From positions 1,260,001-1,292,000 of the forward strand of contig NC_014205.1 of assembly GCF_000092465.1 (NCBI RefSeq): a stretch of DNA of 32,000 bases, given 5' to 3'. This DNA comes from Staphylothermus hellenicus DSM 12710. Its GTDB lineage: Archaea > Thermoproteota > Thermoprotei_A > Sulfolobales > Desulfurococcaceae. The translations under genes and the position numbers were made by a program. This document shows, piece after piece, positions 12,828-20,591 of the stretch. Position 1 is the first letter of the stretch. Each line of letters starts with the position of its first letter. A model generated the notes under the pieces. It was not told the DNA's origin. It made no database searches and saw nothing but the letters and a program-made list of their open reading frames with translations.

Positions 12828-12913
12828 GAAACAATCTAGGAAAATTGAAAGAGCTCTATGTAGGCCTTAGACTTAACCGGTGGCCTCTCGAAACAATCTA
12901 GAAAAATTGAAAA
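12828..12913 (+). CRISPR. orphan CRISPR-like mini-array: 2 repeats and 1 spacer
   Basis: Repeat 1 is 12828-12851, GAAACAATCTAGGAAAATTGAAAG (24 nt, ending in the ATTGAAAG typical of crenarchaeal repeats). The 38-nt spacer is 12852-12889. Repeat 2 is 12890-12913, GAAACAATCTAGAAAAATTGAAAA (22/24 identical, degenerate like a terminal repeat). An AT-rich leader-like tract lies upstream. No cas genes are in the window. A MITE with terminal inverted repeats is an alternative reading. Confidence 0.45.
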
Positions 12914-12923
12914 ATGTAGGGTG

Positions 12924-13015
12924 TGGAGCCGCCGCCGGGATTCGAACCCGGGACCTCCGCCTATCCAGGATAGAGTTACCAGGGCGGCGCTCCAACCAGG
13001 CTGAGCTACGGCGGC
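12924..13015 (-). tRNA. tRNA-Thr (GGU) with 14-nt canonical intron; CCA encoded
   Basis: Cloverleaf: GCCGCCG-UA-GCUC...GAGC-G-CCGCC-CUGGUA[intron 12976-12963, ACUCUAUCCUGGAU]A-GGCGG-AGGUC-CCGGG-UUCGAAU-CCCGG-CGGCGGC-U-CCA. The BHB central helix is CUGG/CUGG with 3-nt bulges. Confidence 0.9.
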
Positions 13016-13114
13016 ATCGTTTTTATTCATCGATAATATTTGATAAAAGCCTGTGTGCTTATATATTTTTAGCCTGGAATATTCATGGAATAATCCTAGT
13101 AGTAATTTATATAG

Positions 13115-13855
13115 GTGCATGCTATGCTTATGATCCGCTTAGCAGCCTTTGATATTGATGGCACATTGACAATTAATAGGTCTAGCTCTATTCTATGCTT
13201 AGAAGCTGTTGAGGCTTTGAGAAAGCTTGAGAGAAACGGTGTTATAGTGGTTCTTGTTTCTAGTAATGCATTACCAGTGGTTGTTGGGTTGAAGAAATAC
13301 ATTGGTTTATCAGGGCCAGCTATTGGTGAGACAGGTGCGCTAATATATTATGGTGGGGAAGAAATAGTTGCCACAACAAAGTATTCTGCTAAACAAGCAT
13401 ATCTCGACGTATTAGAGAAGTATAAGGAATACGTTTATGGATCATGGCAGAACATGTTCCGCCTACACGATTATGCTTTAAGAATAAGAAAACAATATTT
13501 GAGCAGAGACAACGAAATATATTCATCAATAAAAGAATACGTTGAAAACAAATATCCACATATAAAAGTAGGATACAGCGGATACGCAATACACCTAACA
13601 CCAAAAGATACTGGGAAAGGAAAAGCATTAAAACAAATAATGGAAAAACATGGAATAAAACAAGAAGAAACAATAGGGGTAGGAGACAGCATTATGGATT
13701 GGGAATTCATCAAGGAGACAAAAATAAAAGTAGCAGTAGCAAACGCAGACCCAGAACTAAGAAAGAAAGCAGACATAGTAACAACAAAACCAAGCGGATA
13801 CGGAGTAATAGAAATAATTGGGAAAATACTAGCTAATAACAAGTTTACTAGATAA
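13115..13855 (+). CDS. HAD-superfamily phosphatase (archaeal phosphoglycolate phosphatase / SPP-like subfamily)
   Basis: Motif I AAFDIDGTLT and motif IV GVGDSIMDWEF, with a cap-domain-sized insert between them. 246 aa; the true start may be one of the Met codons at residues 4-6. Substrate not determinable. Confidence 0.75.
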   Translation: MHAMLMIRLAAFDIDGTLTINRSSSILCLEAVEALRKLERNGVIVVLVSSNALPVVVGLKKYIGLSGPAIGETGALIYYGGEEIVATTKYSAKQAYLDVLEKYKEYVYGSWQNMFRLHDYALRIRKQYLSRDNEIYSSIKEYVENKYPHIKVGYSGYAIHLTPKDTGKGKALKQIMEKHGIKQEETIGVGDSIMDWEFIKETKIKVAVANADPELRKKADIVTTKPSGYGVIEIIGKILANNKFTR

Positions 13856-14114
13856 AACACAGCTTTACCAATTCTGGAGCACTGGTTTTAATATATTCAA
13901 CACCACCATACCTAGTAAGTTTGAAGCTGCTCCTATTAACAATGCATCTTCTCTTAGAGGATAGTATATGATTTTATATTATGCATTCATTTATGGAGTG
14001 TTGAATAATGAATATTAGTTGATAAGTTGTTTATTCATTACTAATTTATAATGTATTTTTATATTAGATCATCAGAATAAATATATGGATGCAAACATTT
14101 AAGGCGGTAGGTCC

Positions 14115-14885
14115 ATGAATAAATTATTTAGCATTATCCTCGTACTGGTTATTGCTGGTTTTCTAATTATAAGTACATCCGGTGTTAATTCGCCTCAAAA
14201 CATTAATGCTCACGAGCCTGAAATACAAGAAATAATAAAGAATAATGTGCCAATATATTATCTAGGCCATGATCTCCGTGAACTCCAGAAAATATTTGAA
14301 AATATTTATCCTCTTCAAAACAAGCTTCCAATAGGAACACATATATTAATCGTTGAGGGAGCCTATGCTAGTAAACACATGGAAGCCGAGGAGATCATGA
14401 GAGAGGAGCTTCTTAGAAGCGTTCCCATCATAATCATTAATGGCCATACAGAAATACTGCGTTCAATAATACCTTCAGATTTTAAACCCGAAATCATTAA
14501 TGGGAGATCACCTATTAATGAAACGGTGAATGAAGCAGTTTATGGATACCTAGTCTATTCCACTAAAAATGCTCTCGTACAAAGTGTGTTTATTTCAACA
14601 GATCCAGGGGAAGAAGGAATTATAGAAGCATATAAATGGGCTGTTCGAAACACTGTTTCCGTTAGCCATACACCTAATCCTAACATAGTAGACTCAACGT
14701 ACAAAACTGAAATATATCAGTTAAGTATTTCCACAGGCAACAGCTGGTTTCCCTACGGGAGATTAGAAGTTGCAACACAATATTATAAGTTGATCAATGA
14801 TTATTCAAATACTTATGACTGGTATATTGCTCATATTATTCAACAATCCGTTCCAGGAGATAAGATCTGGGGCAGAAACGTATAG
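14115..14885 (+). CDS. hypothetical secreted/membrane-anchored protein (possibly the 5' part of a disrupted gene)
   Basis: N-terminal signal/anchor MNKLFSIILVLVIAGFLIISTSG. The ORF ends right at the start of an AT-rich plus GC-rich insert-like region. See the finding on 14871-15166. Confidence 0.6.
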   Translation: MNKLFSIILVLVIAGFLIISTSGVNSPQNINAHEPEIQEIIKNNVPIYYLGHDLRELQKIFENIYPLQNKLPIGTHILIVEGAYASKHMEAEEIMREELLRSVPIIIINGHTEILRSIIPSDFKPEIINGRSPINETVNEAVYGYLVYSTKNALVQSVFISTDPGEEGIIEAYKWAVRNTVSVSHTPNPNIVDSTYKTEIYQLSISTGNSWFPYGRLEVATQYYKLINDYSNTYDWYIAHIIQQSVPGDKIWGRNV

Positions 14886-14980
14886 TGTTGCTTTCGTAAT
14901 ATTTATATGCTGTTGTTTCAGGGAGGATTTATATATGTGTTTATTATATGTGTTTATCTAGATATTTTGTTTGATGATGA

Positions 14981-15165
14981 GGCTTTGGATCCCGCGCTCG
15001 ATATGTAGGGGTAAGCTAAGCCCGAATGGGCGCGGGTTTAGAAGTATCCGAAGATGTGGGGAGCACTCCGTTCCCCCCGAAAGCCCCTCAATGAAGATGG
15101 GAGAGGGGAAGGCTAGCCGTAGCAAAAACAACAAAAGTTACGGCTAACCAGAACGGTTCTGGTTG
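14981..15165. other. GC-rich structured element of unknown class (ncRNA or MITE-like insert)
   Basis: A local GC island between two AT-rich ORFs. On the + strand a closing stem GGCUUUGG (14981-14988) / CCGAAAGCC (15077-15085) encloses GGAUCCCGCGC...GCGCGGG..AUCC and GGGGA...UCCCC hairpins. Further elements are hairpin UAGCCGUA (15114-15121) / UACGGCUA (15139-15146) with an A-rich loop, and the palindrome CCAGAACGGUUCUGG (15148-15162). It is bracketed by UGAUGAUGA (14972-14980) and CUGA (15174-15177). Strand not determined. Confidence 0.4.
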
Positions 15166-15178
15166 GAGAACTGCTGAC

Positions 15179-15598
15179 ATGTATACATGGATAGATGTAG
15201 ACCATTATAACTCTAATTATATGCTTACAAATTATGATCCCACTACAACTCTAAAAGCCTCCACAGTAACTATTACAGTTTTTCCTCCAGTCCTAAGTAT
15301 GGAGAACCAATTGCCATATTCATGGAGTTATCCAGCAAGCAATGTCCACATAATCGATCTAAGCGATTATTCATTGAATCTAGCTAAGTGGTGGCATAAT
15401 ATAGCTGAAGATACAGATCTAGGCTCTACTGTTTATCGTATCGAGCCAGGAGCATTGATCAGGGTTCCACAAGATTCACCTATTGATTGGCAAGAACACT
15501 ATGGAGTAAAATATGGCAGACAAACCAGTCTCTGGTGGTTCCCATGGTGGCACTACTGGGAATACACAGGTGAGGGATGGATAGAGGTTAAAGTCTAA
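15179..15598 (+). CDS. hypothetical Trp/Tyr-rich protein (possibly the 3' part of the disrupted gene 14115-14885)
   Basis: 139-aa ORF. The reading frame is open upstream to 15095 without a start codon. Confidence 0.55.
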   Translation: MYTWIDVDHYNSNYMLTNYDPTTTLKASTVTITVFPPVLSMENQLPYSWSYPASNVHIIDLSDYSLNLAKWWHNIAEDTDLGSTVYRIEPGALIRVPQDSPIDWQEHYGVKYGRQTSLWWFPWWHYWEYTGEGWIEVKV

Positions 15599-15729
15599 AA
15601 TAAACAAGTTTTTGCCGAGACTCTCTACCCTAGGTAAAAATAGATCTTTTAATATTCCTGCCAAGATTAAGATGGCAGGAGAGGGGTAAAGTGCTTGGAA
15701 AATTAGAGAAAAACCCGAATATGAGGATG

Positions 15730-15854
15730 TGGAGCCGGGGGCGGGATTCGAACCCGCGATAAAGCGGGTTTCCGTGAACCCCCTTACAGGGTATGGTTTG
15801 TTATAGATTATGGGCCCTGCAGCCCGCCGCCTTAGACCGCTCGGCCACCCCGGC
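15730..15854 (-). tRNA. tRNA-Cys (GCA) with about 47-nt canonical intron; CCA encoded
   Basis: GCCGGGG...CCCCGGC-U-CCA acceptor with U73. Anticodon arm GCGGG-CUGCAG[intron about 15816-15770]A-CCCGC. T arm GCGGG-UUCGAAU-CCCGC. The variable region appears to be 6 nt (UUUAUC), so the exact intron borders are less certain. Confidence 0.8.
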
Positions 15855-15895
15855 TCTTCATATTTGTGGTTATTTCTACGGGTTTATATTTATGT

Positions 15896-16981
15896 TTATG
15901 GGATCTTGTATTTAGAAAATCTACCTGCTTTTACATTTATCTTTATTTTTCCGTTCCATTCATCCTTTACTTCATCATATACTTTTTGTAGAACAGCTTT
16001 TGTATCTATGCCTGGATATACTGATTTTTTAACCTCTAAATATAGTTGGAGATTGTTCCCGGATATTTTATACATTGATTTAGTAATTGGGACACCGTTC
16101 TCGTTTAGTGCTCTAATTATTCTGCCTAGTATAGTGGTTGCTATGAAGTCTTCTTTTTTAACTAGTAGTTTAGTCTTGGTTTCAGTTGCCATTTTTATCT
16201 GTGACTTAATTATTTTATCATACATTCTCGTTTTCTCAATATATACTGATAAAGCCGCGGAAAGCGTGCTCTCAAGATCTAGTAGCATCATAGCTGTCTG
16301 ATACATAGGGGCTAGCTCGATCGTTAAATAAACAATATCCTCTCGTAATTCGAGTTTAACATCTAATATATCAAATCCGAGTCTCTCGATTAATTCATAG
16401 ATTTCTCTCCTAATACTTTCAAGATCTATTTTTGGAGCAGGTTTAACAGGCTTAGTTACTGCTTCAGTAGCTGATGAATCCTGGCTAGCTTCTGTCTTGG
16501 AAACCTGGGATGGGGTTTGTATAGGTGTTGTCTCTTCCTGTTGAGAAATACTTGTTTCTTGTTTTATAGAAGCAGCTTTTTCAAGTTCTTCTAGTTTTTC
16601 ATGTCCAATTATTTCTTCAAGAACTTTTCCGGGAACACTATATATTTCAATAGAAGATAATAATTGTTCGGGACCGGATTCAAAGGTGTTATATGCTTCT
16701 ATACCATGTTTTTTCTCCTTATTCTCATAGATTGCGCCGATCAGGAGCCCGTTATATATGTAGAAAATAAATTGTTTTTCACCAGCAGGTTTAATTACAA
16801 GTCTATAAAAACCAGTACTATATTTTTCAGCAACCCTGTCAAGTTCTTCCCTTTTAATGTTTCTAAGTCTATCAACAATGTTTTCCGAGAGAATGATTTT
16901 TGCCTTGCTAACTACATCGTCTAAGAGCCTACTAAAATCAAATCTTTCTAGAAGACTCTTCAACAGCCTCCAAAACCTCAC
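15896..16981 (-). CDS. hypothetical protein with low-complexity Ser/Thr/Gln/Glu-rich linker
   Basis: 361-aa ORF with two globular-looking halves joined by QETSISQQEETTPIQTPSQVSKTEASQDSSATEAVTKPVKPAPK. No family recognised. The overlapping + ORFs 15810-16301 and 16664-16924 are judged spurious. Confidence 0.65.
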   Translation of the reverse strand: MRFWRLLKSLLERFDFSRLLDDVVSKAKIILSENIVDRLRNIKREELDRVAEKYSTGFYRLVIKPAGEKQFIFYIYNGLLIGAIYENKEKKHGIEAYNTFESGPEQLLSSIEIYSVPGKVLEEIIGHEKLEELEKAASIKQETSISQQEETTPIQTPSQVSKTEASQDSSATEAVTKPVKPAPKIDLESIRREIYELIERLGFDILDVKLELREDIVYLTIELAPMYQTAMMLLDLESTLSAALSVYIEKTRMYDKIIKSQIKMATETKTKLLVKKEDFIATTILGRIIRALNENGVPITKSMYKISGNNLQLYLEVKKSVYPGIDTKAVLQKVYDEVKDEWNGKIKINVKAGRFSKYKIP

Positions 16982-17115
16982 ATATTGCTTTTATAACTAT
17001 GATGCTTTCAAATAATATATTATAGACCATAATTGAATATTTAAACGATACTGAACAATTATCGTAAAACTCTATGATGCATCGAAAAATTATATTTAAT
17101 GATTTACCCGTGCAG

Positions 17116-19677
17116 TTATCTATTCTGGAAAATAATTGTTTTTACCTCGTATGGTTTAAAAGATAATTTTATACATCCATTATCTTCTTCTAAGTAACCA
17201 AGCATGTTTCCTAGAAAATCTGTCTCATAAGCTTCGCTATACCTAAAACTTGTTCTTAAACATGCAGTAATTGTTTTGTTTACTGGATTATATGCTCTCA
17301 ATAATATCTTATAGGGCTCTACTTGTGTTATAGTTGTAATAGCTATATCGTCTGGTTCAACACTCATCATTGAAAAATTAATGTTTTTCATAGCTGAACT
17401 GTTCTTATAACCAATAATATGTATTGTTGAAAGTTCTCTGGCAACATGATATGTTTTACCCTCCACATACGTTCCCTTGTGCGGATATATCCATATCCGC
17501 GCCGTTCTACGTCCTTGATCCATGTAGAGGAGTTTCTTGGAATACCTCAAATAGGATAGGTAAGTGTTTATCATTAATAAGGAGTTCAGTATTTTCCTTA
17601 TTAATCCTTTAAACTTTAAAAATATTAGATCAAACATTTTATTCTGAATATGCTTATATATATCCACATAGCCAGTATATGCTTCTCTAACGGGAAATAA
17701 TGGTGATCTAAGCAGGCTTACCCCTATTATACCATTCATCCAGCTATATCCATATTTTGAATCAGTAATAATGGATACACCGAATTCGCCGTTTGATATA
17801 TCTACCCATGAATGCCCTGGTGCTTCATATTTTGCTTTATCAAATGGATCACTTGTTCTGAGAGGATCTTTTCTTATGGTAACACCGTAGGGAGCTTCGA
17901 ATACTGCGGTTTCTGAATTAATATTTAATGGTATGAGGAGCTTGAGCATTTTATGTTTTGTTTTCCATATGATGTCCAAGTATATTTCGACATATGGTTT
18001 GTCAGCATATAAGCCGATCTCGGCTGATATATCTGCATAGCCTCTATTAAACAATTGTTTATAGATATATCTACACTTAACCGATGCATATAGTGGTCCA
18101 CGATGTTTTATCTCTACCCCTACAGGCTCCGGATCTTTGTGGAGATACTTGTTTATTCCGTCAAGATAATATGTTTCCCAAGCATCAAATAATCCTGCAG
18201 CATATAATCTCCCCCTGGTAGGCATAGGTAGGTCATTATATATTCTTAGCCGAATCGGTTTCCTGATAATATTAAGGTTAAAACGTTTATCGAATATGCT
18301 TGTTATCAAACACTTCTTTTTATCAATTATTATTTTCAAATAGTTATTTTCAAGAAATATGAAGTCTCTATCCTCATTTATCTCAACAGTATCACTGGGT
18401 GAATCATTAAATTTACCTATAACTCTGAATCCTAGGGGTGGAATGTTTCTCACATATACTAATTTCTCATTATCCCCTAGATCCTGGTATACACCATTTA
18501 TGTTTCCATGAATCCTCACATATGTGGTTAATGGGAAACCGTTTGGGTTAAACAATACATACTTACCATTTATTTTCTCCAATATCTTCTCGAGCCCTCT
18601 TCGATAAAGTTTCGATAACTGCTTAAACAACACGTATGCCCTAGTTCTAACCTCTATGTATACGTCTGGAGATAATGTTGCCGATAAAGCATCGTGTCCC
18701 TGATTTATCAGTAGTAGGCGCCAGAGCTTCTCAATAATGCTTGGGTATTCCGTGTTATATAAAATATTGAGTATTGTGTAAAGCTTTTCTATGCTCAGCA
18801 ATAATTCTTCATTAATTCTATTAAGCTTCTTAATATATGAGCCTACAGTATATGTTCCTCTATGAAACTCTAAGTAGAGTTCTCCAGTGTATATGGGGAT
18901 TTTATTATTATAGTGTTTTTCAACGTATTTGAAGTATTCTCTTACTCGTGAAGGCGTTATTGCAATAATATCTCTTTTACTTCTACGCCATTCTATTATG
19001 TTGTTTATTGTGTCCTCATCTATTCCGCCGCCATGGTCTCCTTTACCGTAAATTATCAATAATGCTGGGATTAATTGTTTTCTTAATTGTTCCTGGACAG
19101 CATATATTATTCTTTCATAATTGGTTAAGAACTCATTATAATCTAGAGGAGTAATATATCCCAATACCTTGCTATCATCGTTACCGCGCCAAATAAAGAT
19201 ATGGTATGGGAAATCATTGGCATCGTTCCATCTAAGCTTAGATGTAACAAAGTATTTGATACCGGATTTTCCAAGTAGCTGGGGGAGGCTGGAGGGGAAA
19301 CCAAAAGAGTCAGGTAAAAACAGTATCTCAGCATACCTGTTGAAACGTTGATAAAAGTATTTCTGGCTCATAACTAGTTGTCTAATAATTGATTCTCCCG
19401 AAGGCATATTTGCGTCAAACTCTATAAATCCCCCGGCAAGCTCCCAGCGTCCTTTCTCCACAAAACCTTTGATCTTATCGAATAAGGCATTATTGTTTTT
19501 CTCAATATATTCGTAGTAAAGAGAAGAACCCATAATAAAGTATAGATCACTATGTTTCTCCATCAAATTTATGATTTGAGAAAATGTTTCATTAACAACA
19601 CGTAAAGATTCTTCCAGAGGCCAAAGCCATTCAGTATCAATATGAGAATACCCTGTAAGGAATACTTTTATATCCAA
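17116..19677 (-). CDS. glycoside hydrolase family 38 alpha-mannosidase
   Basis: 853 aa. N-terminal metal-site motif GYSHIDTEWLW, then GRWELAGG...DANMPSGESIIRQ, LPDSFGFPSSLPQLL and YGKGDHGGG, all hallmarks of GH38. Confidence 0.85.
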   Translation of the reverse strand: MDIKVFLTGYSHIDTEWLWPLEESLRVVNETFSQIINLMEKHSDLYFIMGSSLYYEYIEKNNNALFDKIKGFVEKGRWELAGGFIEFDANMPSGESIIRQLVMSQKYFYQRFNRYAEILFLPDSFGFPSSLPQLLGKSGIKYFVTSKLRWNDANDFPYHIFIWRGNDDSKVLGYITPLDYNEFLTNYERIIYAVQEQLRKQLIPALLIIYGKGDHGGGIDEDTINNIIEWRRSKRDIIAITPSRVREYFKYVEKHYNNKIPIYTGELYLEFHRGTYTVGSYIKKLNRINEELLLSIEKLYTILNILYNTEYPSIIEKLWRLLLINQGHDALSATLSPDVYIEVRTRAYVLFKQLSKLYRRGLEKILEKINGKYVLFNPNGFPLTTYVRIHGNINGVYQDLGDNEKLVYVRNIPPLGFRVIGKFNDSPSDTVEINEDRDFIFLENNYLKIIIDKKKCLITSIFDKRFNLNIIRKPIRLRIYNDLPMPTRGRLYAAGLFDAWETYYLDGINKYLHKDPEPVGVEIKHRGPLYASVKCRYIYKQLFNRGYADISAEIGLYADKPYVEIYLDIIWKTKHKMLKLLIPLNINSETAVFEAPYGVTIRKDPLRTSDPFDKAKYEAPGHSWVDISNGEFGVSIITDSKYGYSWMNGIIGVSLLRSPLFPVREAYTGYVDIYKHIQNKMFDLIFLKFKGLIRKILNSLLMINTYLSYLRYSKKLLYMDQGRRTARIWIYPHKGTYVEGKTYHVARELSTIHIIGYKNSSAMKNINFSMMSVEPDDIAITTITQVEPYKILLRAYNPVNKTITACLRTSFRYSEAYETDFLGNMLGYLEEDNGCIKLSFKPYEVKTIIFQNR

Positions 19678-19736
19678 TACGCCTGCACCATGATGGAGAA
19701 TATCACTGCTAGAAATAGCTCTGAATAATTAAAAAG

Positions 19737-19844
19737 TGGGGCCGCGGGGATTTGAACCCCGGGTCACGGGGGCCCAACTCGGGCACTAGGTCCTATTTGG
19801 AGCCTAGTGTGCCCCGCATCCTAGCCAAGCTAGACTACGGCCCC
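19737..19844 (-). tRNA. tRNA-Pro (UGG) with 33-nt intron at non-canonical position 32/33; no encoded CCA
   Basis: GGGGCCG-UA-GUCU...GGAU-G-CGGGG-C[intron 19810-19778, ACACUAGGCUCCAAAUAGGACCUAGUGCCCGAG]UUGGGC-CCCCG-UGACC-CGGGG-UUCAAAU-CCCCG-CGGCCCC-A. The BHB is near ideal: central helix CGGG/CCCG, bulges GCA and AGU, and a 7-bp intron helix CACUAGG/CCUAGUG directly abutting. Confidence 0.75.
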
Positions 19845-19927
19845 ACAATATCATTAATTTATCCATGTTATTTTCCTTTTAAAACTCTTTGTCAAGGTTT
19901 TTTCTATAGTTGAATAAAATGAGAAAA

Positions 19928-20038
19928 TGCCGCCGCCGGGATTTGAACCCGGGACAACCGGATCTCCCCTGAGCTCGGCCGACTTCGGACCATGACTCCG
20001 TATGAGTCCGGCGCTCTGCCAGGCTGAGCTACGGCGGC
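19928..20038 (-). tRNA. tRNA with CAU anticodon (elongator Met type; Ile2 cannot be excluded) with 37-nt canonical intron
   Basis: GCCGCCG-UA-GCUC...GAGC-G-CCGGA-CUCAUA[intron about 20000-19964]A-UCCGG-UUGUC-CCGGG-UUCAAAU-CCCGG-CGGCGGC-A. G1-C72, so not an initiator. No CCA encoded. Confidence 0.8.
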
Positions 20039-20093
20039 TTCAATTTTTTGATTATATTTATGGGATTTATAAATATTAGATGGAAAAGCTTTT

Positions 20094-20291
20094 TTATATT
20101 ACAATTACTACTTCGCTATTTGCCCTCTCCTTATTGATTTCTCTTCCCTCAATTTTAGACATTTCCAATATTATTCTCTCAAGCGCCATTCTTATTAGTT
20201 CACTGCGTGAAATACCTAGGATTGATGCGTATTCATCTATTTTCTCGACTAAATCCTCATCTGCTTTAAAAGTGACCACTTTTAAAACCAT
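20094..20291 (-). CDS. ribbon-helix-helix (CopG/Arc/MetJ-like) DNA-binding protein
   Basis: 65 aa. The N-terminal beta-strand plus two helices pattern VVTFKADEDLVEKIDEYASILGISRSELIRMALERII is typical of RHH. No adjacent toxin-like ORF. The antisense ORF 20080-20343 is judged spurious. Confidence 0.6.
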   Translation of the reverse strand: MVLKVVTFKADEDLVEKIDEYASILGISRSELIRMALERIILEMSKIEGREINKERANSEVVIVI

Positions 20292-20465
20292 TATATATCA
20301 TCCCAAATACGTTCTCTGGTTATTGATTTATGTTTTGTTTTAGTGTATATAAACTTCAATACTTGATCAATTAAAGAGGGGTAGGTGAAAGTATTAGCCA
20401 CGGGATAATTAGGATAAAACTATATATCTCCCATAAACTAACAAAAATAACCTGGAGATAATAAA

Positions 20466-20562
20466 GGGCCCGTAGCCTAGCCAGGATAGGGCGCCGGCCT
20501 CCTAAGCACAGTATTTTAGCAGGGCCAGCCGGAGACCCGGGGTTCGAATCCCCGCGGGCCCG
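20466..20562 (+). tRNA. tRNA-Arg (CCU) with 22-nt canonical intron
   Basis: GGGCCCG-UA-GCCU...GGGC-G-CCGGC-CUCCUA[intron 20505-20526]A-GCCGG-AGACC-CGGGG-UUCGAAU-CCCCG-CGGGCCC-G. TATA-like ctatatat lies about 35 nt upstream. Confidence 0.85.
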
Positions 20563-20591
20563 CATATATTTTTTCCAAAACAATATGGGAG

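Noticed and set aside
12852-12889. Similarity of the mini-array spacer (reverse complement ...GGCCACCGGTTAAGTCTAAGGCC...) to the D-arm of tRNA-Cys (GGCCGAGCGGTCTAAGGCG).
   Set aside because: The shared core is only an 8-mer (TCTAAGGC), about what is expected by chance in 64 kb of two-strand sequence.
14981-15165. Assigning the GC-rich structured element to RNase P RNA, SRP RNA, 5S rRNA or a tRNA.
   Set aside because: None of the diagnostic blocks is present on either strand. The missing blocks are GAGGAAAGUCC and ACAGAA...GGCUUA for RNase P, the CAGGCCCGGAAGGGAGCA helix-8 motif for SRP, GAACCCGGAAGUUAAGC for 5S, and a T-loop plus acceptor for tRNA.
14871-15166. The 296-nt interruption of the secreted-protein gene as a BHB-type mRNA intron (as in crenarchaeal cbf5).
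   Set aside because: I could not build a bulge-helix-bulge at the frame-restoring junctions: AUCU before the 5' junction does not pair with GGUU before the 3' junction. An insertion with flanking direct repeats explains the data better.
19778-19810. Reading the tRNA at 19737-19844 as tRNA-Trp, because of a perfect CUCCAAA loop.
   Set aside because: That loop is closed by the intron's own helix, CACUAGG/CCUAGUG. The strands flanking the loop are not contiguous with a 5-bp anticodon stem unless 5-9-nt introns are invoked. The BHB geometry instead predicts excision of the whole hairpin, leaving a UGG anticodon.
12836-20583. ORF-track ORFs overlapping tRNA genes or lying antisense to better genes: 12836-13120, 12880-13152, 13096-13302, 15476-15664, 15810-16301, 20080-20343 and 20371-20583.
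   Set aside because: Each overlaps a well-supported tRNA or lies opposite a longer ORF with recognisable motifs or typical composition. Their translations are low-complexity or hydrophobic noise.
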